A stretch of 64,000 nt of DNA, taken from positions 6,240 through 70,239 of the forward strand of contig CAWGDR010000015.1 in NCBI GenBank assembly GCA_963821435.1. Reading direction: 5' to 3'. This stretch comes from an uncultured Acidobacteriota bacterium (GTDB lineage: Bacteria; Acidobacteriota; Thermoanaerobaculia; UBA5066). Each line of letters begins with the position of its first letter. Position 1 is the stretch's first letter. Both the position numbers and the translations under genes were made by a program. The notes under the pieces were generated by a model. It was not told the origin of the DNA. It saw only the letters and a list, made by a program, of their open reading frames with translations, and ran no database searches. This document shows positions 31,811-42,921 of the stretch, piece by piece.

Positions 31811-32639
31811 GGGTCTCCAGGCCGCGGTGCCAGCGCAGCAGGTGGCTGCGTCAGCCGGTTCATGGCCGTGTCGATGCCGAGGCCGCATGAGGCCGATGGT
31901 GATCATCCCGGCGATGATCTTGTCGGACCAGAAGAACTCCCGCGCCTCGAGGATCCGGTAGCCGAGCCCGCTGTTCACCGCGATCATCTCGGCCACGATG
32001 ACGACGATGAAGGCCACGCCGATGCCGACGCGGACGCCGGTCAGGATGTAGGGCATGGCGGCCGGGAGGATGACGCGGCGGAAGAGCGTCGGCTCGCCGG
32101 CGCCCAGGTTCCGCGCGGCCCGGAGGTAGATGGCGTCGACGTTCCGCACCCCGGCGATGGTGTTCATCAGGACCGGGAAGAAGGCGCCCAGCGCAGATCA
32201 GGAAGAAGGCGGGCGGGTTGCCGAGCCCGAACCAGAGGATGGCGAGCGGGATGTAGGCGATCGGCGGGATCGGGCGGAGGATCTGGACGAGCGGGTTCAG
32301 GAGCCGGTAGACGGCGGCCGCGACGCCCATCAGGAGGCCGAGCGGCAGCGCCAGCCCGCCACCGATGACGAAGCCGACGAAGACGCGGTAGAGGCTGGCC
32401 AGCGCGTCGTGGCGGCAGCTCGCCGGAGACGAGCCACGGCAGGCAGCTCCCCTGCGCCGGGTCGTAAGGCGCGAGCGGCCTGAGATAGCCCCACCAGCGG
32501 ACGGCGACCTTCGTCGGCGACGGGAGGATGAGCGGATCGAGGATTCCCGCGCGCGCGAGACCGCCTCCCAGACGGCGAGCGACGGCGAGCGGGACGAGCA
32601 GCGACCTGCGCGAGCCGCTTGGCCCGCGGCAGCGCTCAC
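31807..32639 (-). CDS. ABC transporter permease (SsuC/TauC type), frameshifted
   Basis: [39 protein letters not shown]; GTGA overlaps on both sides. Confidence 0.88.
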
Positions 32640-33617
32640 TTCGCTCCCAGCTCGGCTTTCGCCTTCTGCGAGGAGGTCGAGCTTCACCCAGTCGGCTGCG
32701 CGACGGGCGGGCTCGCCATCTTCCCGACTCCGTACTTCTGCCATGAGGTCGGTCGTGATCTGGACGTGCTCGACCGTGATGTCGTAGGTGAAGGCGGCGT
32801 TCGCCATCGCGTCCTTGTACTCCTCGGCGCTGAGCTGCCCCTTGAACATCATGCTCGCGGACGTACTTCTCGGCGAGGGCCGGGTTCTCGAGGAAGGTCC
32901 GCGTGGCGTCGACGAAGCACTTCAGGACCCGCGCCGCGACGTCGGGCTTCTCGTCGTACATCTTCTCCGTCATGACGAGGACCCGGACCGGCTCGCCCAT
33001 CGGCGTGTCGTACGGCTTCACGATCTCGCTCGCCGAATCCCTTCGACATCGCCTGCGACGACTGCGGCTCCGACTGGCACATGGCGTCGATGTGCTTCTC
33101 GAGGAGCGCCTGGTTAAGGTCGGCGTAGGCCAGGTAGACGATCTGGACGTCCTTCTCGCCCGGCCTGTCGGACCAGGTGAGGCCGTTCTTCTGCCAGCTC
33201 GGCGAGGAGGGCCAGCTCCTGGGCACCGCCGCGCGGCACACCGACCTTCTTGCCCTTCAGCTCCTTCACCGTCTTCAGCCCGAGGTCGACCCGGCCGACG
33301 ATCCGGACGCCGCCCTTGCGCAAAGCCCGCCACGGCGTAGACCGGCGCCGCCGGCGGCGCGGCCGGCGATGGCGGCGTCGAGGGCGCTCGCGGCGACGTC
33401 CACCTCCCCCGCGAGGATGGCCGGGGACGATGTCCAGCCCCTTGGCGAAGACGTTCTCCTCGATCCGGAGGCCGTACTTCGGCGCGATCTCCTTCATGTA
33501 CGAGACGGCGCCGTAGTGGGCGAATTTGAGGTTGCCGAGGCGGACGACGTCCTGCCCGGCGGCGGGCGAGGCGGCGAAAAGGAAGAGGGCCGCACTCGCG
33601 ACGACGGACTTCTTCAT
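32636..33617 (-). CDS. ABC transporter substrate-binding protein (SsuA/NMT1-like), frameshifted
   Basis: Signal peptide; LKGKKVGVPRGGAQEL, IDAMCQSEP; SD GGAGG. Confidence 0.85.
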
Positions 33618-33703
33618 CTGGAGACCTCCCCTTCGGGTCCGCGTGGCGGATTTCGGGCGATTCTAGTCCGGCCGGCGGGGCCTCCCTTGGAATGAATGTC
33701 CCA

Positions 33704-33732
33704 TTGACTTCGCCGGAACGCTGCACAAGAGT
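33704..33732 (+). promoter_or_regulatory. Putative sigma70 promoter for the malate synthase gene
   Basis: TTGACT (33704-33709), 17-nt spacer, AAGAGT (33727-33732), 7 nt to ATG 33740. Confidence 0.45.
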
Positions 33733-33739
33733 CTCGGCC

Positions 33740-36038
33740 ATGATCCGTAACGACGTTCTTCAGGGGTTTCCGGACCTTTTCGCGAGTCGGAAGGTGAACG
33801 GACGAGACATCGACGTCGAAGAGACGATCGCCGTTCTCACTCGAGAACTTAGCCCGGCGATTGCTGCGGCCCTGACGGCGCGCCAGCGACTCCTCGGGTC
33901 GCCCGAGCCCGTCCGGAAGAGGTACGCGTGGCCGAACTGGGACGAGACCTTCGAGGATCCGGTGAGCGGAAAGCCATGGACGTTTCGTCACATCGTGCAG
34001 GGGCTGATAGACAATTTCCTCGGACGCGAGAGCGAGTGGCGCTGGCGTCTCAATGACGAGGTGCCGCCCCCCGAGGACGCCCACCCGCTGGCCAACCCCG
34101 GCCTGGAGCTCACCGGGCCCTGGCATCCGCTGGAGATGGCGTTCAACGCGCTGAACAGCCCGGCGCCGATGAACATGCCGGATTTCGAGGACGCCGCCCC
34201 ACCCCACTTCCGGCCCGATGGCACGCCGGCGACCGAGCCGATCGGGATCTTCGCGGCCCTGCAGAACGCCAAGGAGATCTTCGAGGGGCGCTGGACCGGA
34301 CGTCCTTACGAGGTCCTGAAGAAGGGAAAGGCACGGCATTACACGATCAACACGCCTCCCGAGAAGTGGCCGACGCGCTTCGGCCGGCCCCCGGCCTCCA
34401 CGTGCGCTACGACCACGTGACCGTCGACGGCGAACCGGCTCCCGGCATGATCGCCGTCGTCGTTCTATGGGTCGTCAACAACTACGAGGCGCTGCGTCGG
34501 GCCGGCACCGGCCTTTACTTCTACATTCCGAAGCTGCAGACGCCTCAGGAAGCCTCGATCGTCGAGAAGCTCCTGGCGCGGTTGGAGGGGATTATCGGCA
34601 TCCCCGCCGGCACGATGAAGATCAAGATCCTGTACGAGGAAGGCAACGCCGGCCGGGCCTTGCCCGCCATCGCCTGGGTGCTGCGGCGCAGGCTGCTGGG
34701 AACGAACGTCGGCCGCTGGGACTACCTGGGCAGCATCATCGAAATCTGGAAGGACGATCCCGGGGGCGTGTTCCCCGACCCCCAGACCATCGGCATGGCC
34801 TCACCCAACATGATCGCCTACCAGCGCTACAACTCGCTGCTGATGCTGATGGCCGGCATGAAGAACGGCGAGCTCGCCACCGCAGGACCCATCGGCGGAA
34901 TGGCGGCGGTGATGATCTACCAGGCCGGCGATCCGTACGGCCGCTCACGATACAACCCGCTCGCCCTGCGAGCCATCGTGCTGGACAAGACGCGGGAACG
35001 CCTGCTTGGCCTGGCGTTTGTACCGCAGGAGCCGCTTGCGGCCGGTCATCCCCCACGCTGGACGACGTTCTCGCCGGCCGGGTCAAGGGTCGGCTCTACG
35101 ACACCTATCGCCAAAGCTGGGTGGCGAGCCCGGAGCCGGCCTATGTCGGCGCGGGCAACACGCCCTTGCGCACCCCGCTGGCGCAGCTCCAACTGCTTCT
35201 CGATGCACCGCTCGAGACGGTGGACGTGAAGGGAAGATCGGTGCCGACGGTCTCGAGCGGTCTCTCCGACGCGGAGCGTCAGCTGCTGCGGTCCCGCGGC
35301 GTGCTGAACGCGCAAGGCAGGATCACACCCTTCGTCCTCGACAAGCGGAAGGTGGAAACCCCGGAAGCGCTCTTCGACCAGGAGCTCTGGGATTCGCTCT
35401 ACGGCGTGCCCCATGGTGAGATCACGATCGAGCACATTCAGCACGCCTTCTACATGGCGGCCAACTACGGCTTCCAGATCCTCAACGGCAACTTCGCCGC
35501 GGCCATCGACGACTACGAGCTGAAGCTGCGGTTCATGAACGACCTCGCCACGTACCGGATCGACGTGTCCTGGCTTTGGACCGTCCTTCGCCACCGGGCG
35601 GTCGTCACGAAGGACGGCTATTTCAAGCGGCCGGCGCTGACGGACGACGGCATCGAGCCGGCCGAGAACGCCGAGCGGGTCCTGGCCGGCACCCGCTTCA
35701 CGCCGGAGCTGTTTCAGAAGCTCTGGAAGGTCCACAACGAGTGGACGTACGCGTTCTTCGCCGAGCAGGACCGCCGCGGCGATCCGGGCCGATTCGACCG
35801 CGCCAAGGCGCCGGTGATCATGGAGCTGCTGAAGCGGCAGCTGCTGTCGCCGCGTTACATCCAGCACAGCGCCCGGGTGCTCTTCGTCGTGGGACAGGCC
35901 GGCGAGAAGGAGCGCGCGCAGATTCTGGACGCGATCTTCGATCTCTCCCGCGACGAGATCCTCAGCCGGGTGGCGGCCGGCACCTCGAGCCAGGCCGCGC
36001 TCGCCGCGCACGACTACGTCCACGACATCTTTCCTTAG
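33740..36038 (+). CDS. Malate synthase, long divergent form (two frameshifts)
   Basis: ELTGP, MPDFEDA, RPPGLH, YFYIPKLQ, ILYEE, NVGRWDYLGS, IGGMAA, MNDLATYRI. Confidence 0.82.
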
Positions 36039-36068
36039 GTCGGATCCGGTCAACGTCCGGCGACGAGG

Positions 36069-36776
36069 TCACGGGGCCGGCAGCCTTGGCAGGGCGACGG
36101 AAGCGGCGATCAGCCACTGCGCGACGAAATACGTGATTTGCACGAGCGCTCGAGCAGAACGAAAGCGCGTCCGGAAGCGGTCCAGGGCAAGGAGGCCGTC
36201 GGAGAGGACGAAGAGCACTCCCCCGGCGGAGGCAAGCCGGGAGGAGTTGCTCGGCAGGTGGATCGCTCGAGCGTTGGCCTGGGCCGCCATGCAAAGCAGG
36301 GTCAGCACGTAGACCAGGACGGGCAGCCGCAGACCAGGGGGAATGCCCCGCCAGAGAAAGCGCAGGAGGGCGGCGCCTAACACCAGCCAGCAGAGGAACG
36401 GCAGGCCGGCCGCCAGGAACGGGGTGCCTTCGGTAAAGGCGACCAAGTAGCAGAGATGGGCCAGGAGGAAGGCGGCAAGGCCTTCCCGAAAGTGGTCCTT
36501 CGGCAGCATGAGATACACGTCGCCCGCCAGAGAGAACAGAAGGCCCGTGAGGATCGCCCATCCATACCTGCCGCCGACGGCCTCGGCCGGGAGGAGCGCC
36601 ATGCCGCAGATGAGCGCCGTCGTCAGGGGTTTGAAGGTGAAGACGAGATACCGGCGCGAGACGGAGTACTGACCCCACACGGCCAGGGCGCCCGAGATGG
36701 CGATTCCCGACGTGAGGAGGAGAATCGTGAGTGCCTGAAGCGACAACTTCGGAACGGGCGCCAGGACGATTCCCAT
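36069..36776 (-). CDS. YhhN-like lysoplasmalogenase family membrane protein
   Basis: FKPL, SLAGDVYL, AFLLAHLCY, LFVLSDGLLA, TYFVAQWLI. Confidence 0.88.
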   Translation of the reverse strand: MGIVLAPVPKLSLQALTILLLTSGIAISGALAVWGQYSVSRRYLVFTFKPLTTALICGMALLPAEAVGGRYGWAILTGLLFSLAGDVYLMLPKDHFREGLAAFLLAHLCYLVAFTEGTPFLAAGLPFLCWLVLGAALLRFLWRGIPPGLRLPVLVYVLTLLCMAAQANARAIHLPSNSSRLASAGGVLFVLSDGLLALDRFRTRFRSARALVQITYFVAQWLIAASVALPRLPAP

Positions 36777-36813
36777 TTCAACGGCGGGCGCTGGCGCGTG
36801 ACGCCACGCCGCC

Positions 36814-38208
36814 TCAGGAGGGTTTCGGTCCGAGCTTGTTGAAGGCGTCCAGCGCGGCCACCTTGTAGCATTCGGCGAAGGTCGGGTAGTTGAAGACCGT
36901 CTCGACGAAGTAGTCGAGCGTCCCGCCGAGGCCGATGACCGCCTGCCCGATGTGGACGAGCTCCGTGGCGCTCGTGCCGAGGACGTGGACGCCCAGGAGC
37001 CGCCGCGTCTCGCGGTGGAAGAGGAGCTTCAGGATCCCCGCAGCGTCGCCGACGATCGCGCCGCGGGCGGTCTCGCGGAAGTGGGCGAGGCCCGTCTCGT
37101 AGGGGACGGCGTCCTTCGTTAACTCTTCCTCCGTCTTCCCGACCATCGAGATCTCCGGGATGGAGAAGATGCCGTACGGAAAGAGCTCGGGCATCGAGGT
37201 GGCCGGCACGCCGAACGCGTGGCAGGCCGCGAGGCGCCCCTGCTCGAGCGAGGTCGAGGCGAGCGCCGGGAAGCCGACGACGTCGCCGACCGCGTAAATG
37301 TGCGGGATTCCGGTCTGGTAGTGCTCGTTCACCTTCAGCCGTCCCCGCTCGTCGGCCTCGAGACCCACCGCCGCCAGGTTCAGCTCCTTCGTCGCGCCCT
37401 GGCGGCCGATCGTGAAGAGGATCATGTCGGAGGAGATCTTCTTCCCCGACCGGAGGCTCGCCACCGCGTGGCCCGGCCCCTCGACGGCGAGGGAGGCGAC
37501 GTCCTCCCCGAGCCGCAGGCAGACGTTCCACTGCCGGAGGATGAACTGGAGCGCCTCGGTGATCTCGAAGTCGAGGAACTCGAGGAGGCGCGGGCGGCGG
37601 TCGACGAGAGTCACCTCGACGCCGAGCGCCGCGAACATCGAGGCGTACTCGGTCCCGATGACGCCCGCGCCGACGACGGTGAGTGACTTCGGCAGCTTCC
37701 TGAGCTTCAGGAGGGCGTCCGAGTCGATGATCGTCTCCCCGTCCACGGGCACGCCCGGGGGCGCCGCCGGGCTCGAGCCCGTCGCGATGACGATCCGGTC
37801 GGCCTCCACCTCGGTCGTTCCCGCCTGACCCGTCACGGCGAGCCGGTTCGGGCCGGTGAACGACGCGGTCCCTGTCAGCACGGTGACGCCGTTCCGCCGC
37901 ATCTGGAGTCGGACGGTCTCGATCTCCCGCTGGATGACGACGTTGCATCGGAAGAGGAGGTCCTCGGCGGTGATGTTCTCCTTCACGGTGTAGGAGGCGC
38001 CGTACATCCCGCGCTGCGCGATCCCCGAGAGGTGGAGCACCGCCTCCCGGAAGGTCTTGGAAGGAATCGTCCCCGTATTCGTGCAGACGCCGCCGACGAC
38101 CTCGCGGCGCTCGCAGATGCCGACGGTCCTCCCGAGCTTCGCGGCCTGCACCGCGGCGCGCTGGCCCGCCGGGCCGGTGCCGATGACGAAGAGATCGAAT
38201 CGGGGCAT
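36814..38208 (-). CDS. sthA: Soluble pyridine nucleotide transhydrogenase
   Basis: GTGPAGQRAA, GGVCTNTGTIPSKT (CxxxxT), GAGVIG.EYAS, FNYPTFAECYKVAA. Confidence 0.93.
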   Translation of the reverse strand: MPRFDLFVIGTGPAGQRAAVQAAKLGRTVGICERREVVGGVCTNTGTIPSKTFREAVLHLSGIAQRGMYGASYTVKENITAEDLLFRCNVVIQREIETVRLQMRRNGVTVLTGTASFTGPNRLAVTGQAGTTEVEADRIVIATGSSPAAPPGVPVDGETIIDSDALLKLRKLPKSLTVVGAGVIGTEYASMFAALGVEVTLVDRRPRLLEFLDFEITEALQFILRQWNVCLRLGEDVASLAVEGPGHAVASLRSGKKISSDMILFTIGRQGATKELNLAAVGLEADERGRLKVNEHYQTGIPHIYAVGDVVGFPALASTSLEQGRLAACHAFGVPATSMPELFPYGIFSIPEISMVGKTEEELTKDAVPYETGLAHFRETARGAIVGDAAGILKLLFHRETRRLLGVHVLGTSATELVHIGQAVIGLGGTLDYFVETVFNYPTFAECYKVAALDAFNKLGPKPS

Positions 38209-38252
38209 GGCGAGGGAGGATTCTCGCCTGTCCGTGTCAAGATTGGAACGCC

Positions 38253-38876
38253 GTGAACATCCGGGCGGTTCTCCTCGACATGGACGGGGTTCTCGTCTTC
38301 TCGGAGGACGCGTGGTTCGCCGTCTACAACGAGACGCTCCGGCACTTCGGCCATCCGGCCGTCACGCGGGAGGCTTTCGACGCCATTTACGGTAACGGGA
38401 CCGAGGCCGACCGTGCGACCTACATGCCGGAGCGAAGCGTGGCGGAGATCAACGACGCGTACGCCCGCTTCTTCGAGGGGCACCTCGACGCGATCCGGCC
38501 GAACCTCGACGCCCCGGCGGTCCTCGCCGCCCTCAAGTGGAGGGGCGTCGCCACCTGCGTCGCCACGAACACCAACCGGCCGCTCGCCGAACGGATCCTT
38601 GCTTTCGTCGGGCTCCGGCCCCTCCTGACCGACGTCGCCGCGGCGGACGAGGCAGGCGCGGGGAAGCCCGACCCGGCGGTCCTCGAGCTCGCGGCGAGGA
38701 AGCTCGGGATCCCGCTCGGCGAGTCGCTCTTCGTCGGAGACTCCCGGTTCGACGAGGAGGCGGCACGCCGCGCGGCGGTCGCGTTCGCGGGCTACCGCTA
38801 CGGGGCGGGCCGGCGACTCGAGTCGTTCGAGGAGCTGCTCGCCCTCGCCGGCGCGGAGGAGGTGGCAGAACGATGA
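38253..38876 (+). CDS. HAD family hydrolase
   Basis: LLDMDGVL, ATN, KPDP, VGDSRFD. Confidence 0.9.
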   Translation: MNIRAVLLDMDGVLVFSEDAWFAVYNETLRHFGHPAVTREAFDAIYGNGTEADRATYMPERSVAEINDAYARFFEGHLDAIRPNLDAPAVLAALKWRGVATCVATNTNRPLAERILAFVGLRPLLTDVAAADEAGAGKPDPAVLELAARKLGIPLGESLFVGDSRFDEEAARRAAVAFAGYRYGAGRRLESFEELLALAGAEEVAER

Positions 38877-39337
38877 ACCCGGCCGAAACGCGTGGCGCGC
38901 TCCTGGCCTTCTATGGCGCCTTCGCCCGGCGCGACGGAGCCGCGATGGCCTCGATGTACGCCGAGAACGCCCGCTTCGAGGACCCGGTCTTCCTCCTGCA
39001 CGGCGCGGACGTCGGAAAGATGTGGACCGCGCTGACGGGGCGGGCGAAGGACTTCTCGGTCTCGTACGAGGTCGACCAGGCCGGCGCCGGCCGCGGCACC
39101 GTCACCTGGACGGCGAGGTACCGCTACGGGTCGCGGCCCGTCGTCAACGTCGTCCGCTCCGAGATCGTCTTCGACGGGAGCGGCCGCATCGCACGCCAGC
39201 GGGACGACTTCGACTTCGCCCGGTGGGCGGCCCAGGCCCTCGGCCTTCCGGGCGCGCTCCTCGGCCGGTTCGCCTGGTTCCGGCGCGCCGTTTCGCGAAG
39301 GGCCGCCGCGGGCATCGACGTCCCCCCGAAGGCGTAG
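38873..39337 (+). CDS. SnoaL/NTF2-like protein
   Basis: FYGAFARRDGAAMA, FEDPVF, WTARY, DDFDF.RWA.QALG; ATGA overlap. Confidence 0.85.
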   Translation: MNPAETRGALLAFYGAFARRDGAAMASMYAENARFEDPVFLLHGADVGKMWTALTGRAKDFSVSYEVDQAGAGRGTVTWTARYRYGSRPVVNVVRSEIVFDGSGRIARQRDDFDFARWAAQALGLPGALLGRFAWFRRAVSRRAAAGIDVPPKA

Positions 39338-39387
39338 AAGGCCGCACCCTGAACTTCCTCCGGCCGGCTGCGTAGAACGGGGAAGAC

Positions 39388-40517
39388 ATGCCGACCCGGC
39401 AGGACTGGAAGGCGCTCGCAAAGGAGACGTACCACGCGCTGGACCAGCGCGAGGTTGCGGACCTTTACGACGTCGAGTGGCGGAAGGCCGTCCGGGTCTT
39501 CCTCGCCGAGCACGGCGACGAGATCGAGGGGGAGAAGGTCCGGTGGAAACGGGGCCTCCGCCGCGCGAACGCCCTCCTCTACGGGATCACGCGGAAGCTG
39601 GCCCCGGGGCGCCGGCTGCTCCTCGCCTTCGCGATCCTCTTTGCCCTCCTCGGGATCTTCTCCTTCGGCGCCGCGACGCTCGGGGGAACCAGGACTTCTT
39701 CTTCATCACGCTCTCGCTGGCCTTCCTCTTCGTCCTCGTCGCGCTCGAGCTGGTCGACAAGCTCCACTTCCGGGACGAGCTGATCCTCGCTCGGGACCTC
39801 CAGGCCGACCTCGTCCCGGCGTCGCTCCCGGAGACGCCGTCCTTCGAGCTCGCCGGCTTCAACCGCGTGGCGAACACGGTCGGCGGCGACCTCTACGACT
39901 TCGTGCCGCTCCCGGAGGGGCGCCTCGCCGTCCTCTTCGGCGACGCCTCGGGGCACGGGATGTCGGCGGGCCTCATCATGGCGATCACGCAGGCCGCCTT
40001 CCGGACGCAGATCGCCGCCGACCCGTCGCCCGCCGCGGTCGCGGCGGCCGTCAACGCGCTCCTCTGCCGGACCGGCGCCTGCCGCACGTCGGGTCCGCGG
40101 AACTTCTTCGCGGGCGTTCTGATGCTCCTCGAGCCCGACGGGCGGTGGAACGCCGTCGTGGCGGGCCACCCGCCCGTCCTGAAGCTGGGGCCGGACGGCG
40201 GCGTCGTGGAGCGGATCGGCGTCGGCTCGTACCCGCTCGGCGTGAGGGACAAGGCCGGCTGGCCGCTTCTCTACGGAGGCCTCGCGCCCGGCGCGACGCT
40301 CTTCTTCGCTTCCGACGGGGTGGCCGAAGCGCGGGACGCCGCCGGCGCCGAGTTCGGCGATGCGCGGATCGAGGCGGTCGCGGCACGGCGGAAAGGAGCG
40401 TCGGCGCGGGAGCTCGTCGGCGCGGTGACGGCGGAGCTCCTCGAGTTCCTCGGGCGGACGCCTCCCGACGACGACGTCTCGATCGCCGCGATCCGGAGGA
40501 GAATGCCGGCGTCTTGA
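39388..40517 (+). CDS. Membrane-anchored PP2C-type Ser/Thr phosphatase (SpoIIE/RsbU family), one frameshift
   Basis: VGGDLYD, GDASGHG, AGHPP, SDGVAEA, DDVS. Confidence 0.88.
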
Positions 40518-41380
40518 CGCCGACGCCCGTCTCGCTGAAAAAGGGCCGCCTCCTGATCGCGGCGGCGGCGCTCCTCTGGTCGACCGGAGGGCTCGCCATC
40601 AAGCTCGTCCCGCTCTCCGCCATGGGCGTCGTCTTCTGGCGGTCTCTCGTCGCGGGGCTCGTCCTCCTCGCGGCGTTCCGCCCGTCCCGCGCGAGCTGGA
40701 AGCACGCGGCGCCGTCCACGGTGATCGTCTATGCCCTGATGATCCTGACTTTCGTCTCGGCCACGAAGATGACGACCGCGGCGAACGCGATCTTCCTCCA
40801 GTACACCGGGCCGCTCTACGTCCTCCTCCTCGCGCCGTTCCTCCTGAAGGAGCCGTTCCGGAAGGCCGACGCCGCGGCGGTGGCCGTGGCGCTCCTCGGG
40901 ATGTCGCTCTTTTTCGTCGGGAAGCTCGACCCCGGCGCCCTCGCGGGGAATCTCGTCGCCATCCTCTCGGGGGTCTTCTTCGGCCTCACGGTCCTGCTGC
41001 TCCGCCGCGACGCCTCGGGCGACGCGATCCCGTCCGTCATCGCGGGGAACCTCGCCGCGGCGGCGCTCGCCCTGCCGTTCGCCCGCGGGCACCTCGCGCT
41101 CGACGTCCGCGGCGCCGCGCTCGTCCTCTTCCTCGGCATCTTCCAGATGGGGATCAGCTACGTCCTCTTCGTCCGGGGACTGAGGACGGTCCCGGCGGCG
41201 GAGGCGTCTCTCCTCGGGATGCTGGAGCCGACCTTCAACCCCCTCTGGGCGTTCCTCGGCCTCGGCGAGACGCCGTCCGCCTGGGCCGCGCTCGGCGGCC
41301 TCGTCGTCCTCGCCGCCGTCGGAGCGCGCACGGTGCTCGGCGGCCGGACCGCCCCCGCGACGCCGCCGTCGCCGGACTAG
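40514..41380 (+). CDS. EamA/DMT family transporter
   Basis: LWSTGGLAIK, TTAANAIFLQYTGP, LEPTFNPLW; probable TTG start overlapping the upstream stop. Confidence 0.88.
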   Translation: MTPTPVSLKKGRLLIAAAALLWSTGGLAIKLVPLSAMGVVFWRSLVAGLVLLAAFRPSRASWKHAAPSTVIVYALMILTFVSATKMTTAANAIFLQYTGPLYVLLLAPFLLKEPFRKADAAAVAVALLGMSLFFVGKLDPGALAGNLVAILSGVFFGLTVLLLRRDASGDAIPSVIAGNLAAAALALPFARGHLALDVRGAALVLFLGIFQMGISYVLFVRGLRTVPAAEASLLGMLEPTFNPLWAFLGLGETPSAWAALGGLVVLAAVGARTVLGGRTAPATPPSPD

Positions 41381-42921
41381 GGCACCGGCTTCCGTCCGAC
41401 GTTTCGGAGGAACGTGAAGTCGCCGGAGGGGTTGATCGTATCGATCCCCCTCAGCTCCCTGGCGTGGACGGCGACGTTTTTCATCGTCCAGAGGGAAATG
41501 TACGGAAGCTCGTCGGCCGCCTTCCGCTGGATTCGCGCGTAGAGCTCCTTCCGGACGCTCCGGTCGAGGGCGGTTCGGGCTTCGCCGATCCAGCGATCCA
41601 TCTCCGCGTCGGCGTAGAAGCCGCGGTTCCACCCCTTCGGCGGGGCCGAGGTCGAGAGGAAGACCTCGTGGTAGTGGTCGGGATCGACGATCCCCTGCCA
41701 CCTCAGGCCGTAGAGCTGGAAGTTCCCCTTCACGATGTCCTGGTAGAAGGTCGCGAAGTCGTTCGAGCGGATGACGGTCGCAACGCCGATCGTCTTCCAC
41801 TGCTCCGCGATGGAGGTCGCCTGGAGAATGCTGACCTCGTCGGTAGAGGTCTTGTAGGCCACCGTGAGGCGCGGGCGCCCGCCGCCCGGGTCCGGGTACC
41901 CGGCGGCGTCGAGGAGCGTGCGCGACCGGTCGAGGTCGCGGACGAGCGGCGGCAGGCTTCCGTCCCGCGCCCAGTGGCCGGGCGGGACGAGGGTCTCCGT
42001 CTTCTCGACCGTGCCGCGCCAGAGTCCCTCCACGAGGGCGTCGCGGTCGAGCGCGAGGGCGAGCGCCTGCCGGACCTCCTTTTTCCCGAGGACGGGGTCT
42101 CGGAGGTTAAAGGCGAGGTAGGCGTACGTCGCCCCGGGGCTGATCGTGACGGCGAGCTTCTCGTGCCGGGAAAAGCGCGGCAGGAGGTCGGCGGGGAGGT
42201 TGTTGAGCGAGAGGTCGATCGTCCCGTTCAGGAGCTCGAGGGCGCGGGTCGTCGTGTCGGGGATGATCCGGAAGACGAGCCGCGCCGACTGCGCCGGCCC
42301 GGCGAAGTGACCGTCGAAGCGCTCGAACGTGACGCGATCGTCCGGCCGGAAGTCGACGAGCCGGAACGGGCCGGTCCCGACGGGCTTCTCCTTCGCGTCG
42401 GCGGCGGTAGTCCCCTCGGGGAGGATGCCGAGGAGGAGCTGCAACGGGAAAGAGGCGTAGGGCGAGGAGAGGCGGAACTCCACGTCGCGCGGCGACGTCG
42501 CGACCACCTCTCGGACGATCTTGAGCGGCTCCTTCTTCCCGCTGGCGAAGCCATCCGCCATCAGGCTCCGGTACGTGAAGACGACGTCGGCGGAGGTGAG
42601 GAGCCGGCCGTCGTGGAAGCGGACCCCGTCGCGCAGGCGGCAGCGCCAGACAACGGCGTCGACGCTGTCGCACCGCTCGGCGAGGTCCGGGAGGAACTCG
42701 CCCCCCTCGCCCTTCCTCATCAAGGCGTTGTAGAGGGCCTCGTGGGTTCGCCACGACGCCTGGTCCGTCCCGACGCGGGGGTCGAAGCTGAGCGGTGTCG
42801 ACTCGATCGCCACGACGAGAGTGTCGCCCGCGGGGCGAACGGGCTCTTCCCGTCGGCACGCGGACGGGAGGAGGAGGGCCAGGGTGGCCCCCAGCAAGAC
42901 GCTAGAATCCCGCGTGCTCAT
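41377..42921 (-). CDS. ABC substrate-binding lipoprotein, family 5 (peptide/nickel)
   Basis: Lipobox PSAC; PDLAE, LRDGVRFHDG..LTSADV, GTGPF, VRQAL. Confidence 0.92.
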   Translation of the reverse strand: MSTRDSSVLLGATLALLLPSACRREEPVRPAGDTLVVAIESTPLSFDPRVGTDQASWRTHEALYNALMRKGEGGEFLPDLAERCDSVDAVVWRCRLRDGVRFHDGRLLTSADVVFTYRSLMADGFASGKKEPLKIVREVVATSPRDVEFRLSSPYASFPLQLLLGILPEGTTAADAKEKPVGTGPFRLVDFRPDDRVTFERFDGHFAGPAQSARLVFRIIPDTTTRALELLNGTIDLSLNNLPADLLPRFSRHEKLAVTISPGATYAYLAFNLRDPVLGKKEVRQALALALDRDALVEGLWRGTVEKTETLVPPGHWARDGSLPPLVRDLDRSRTLLDAAGYPDPGGGRPRLTVAYKTSTDEVSILQATSIAEQWKTIGVATVIRSNDFATFYQDIVKGNFQLYGLRWQGIVDPDHYHEVFLSTSAPPKGWNRGFYADAEMDRWIGEARTALDRSVRKELYARIQRKAADELPYISLWTMKNVAVHARELRGIDTINPSGDFTFLRNVGRKPVP

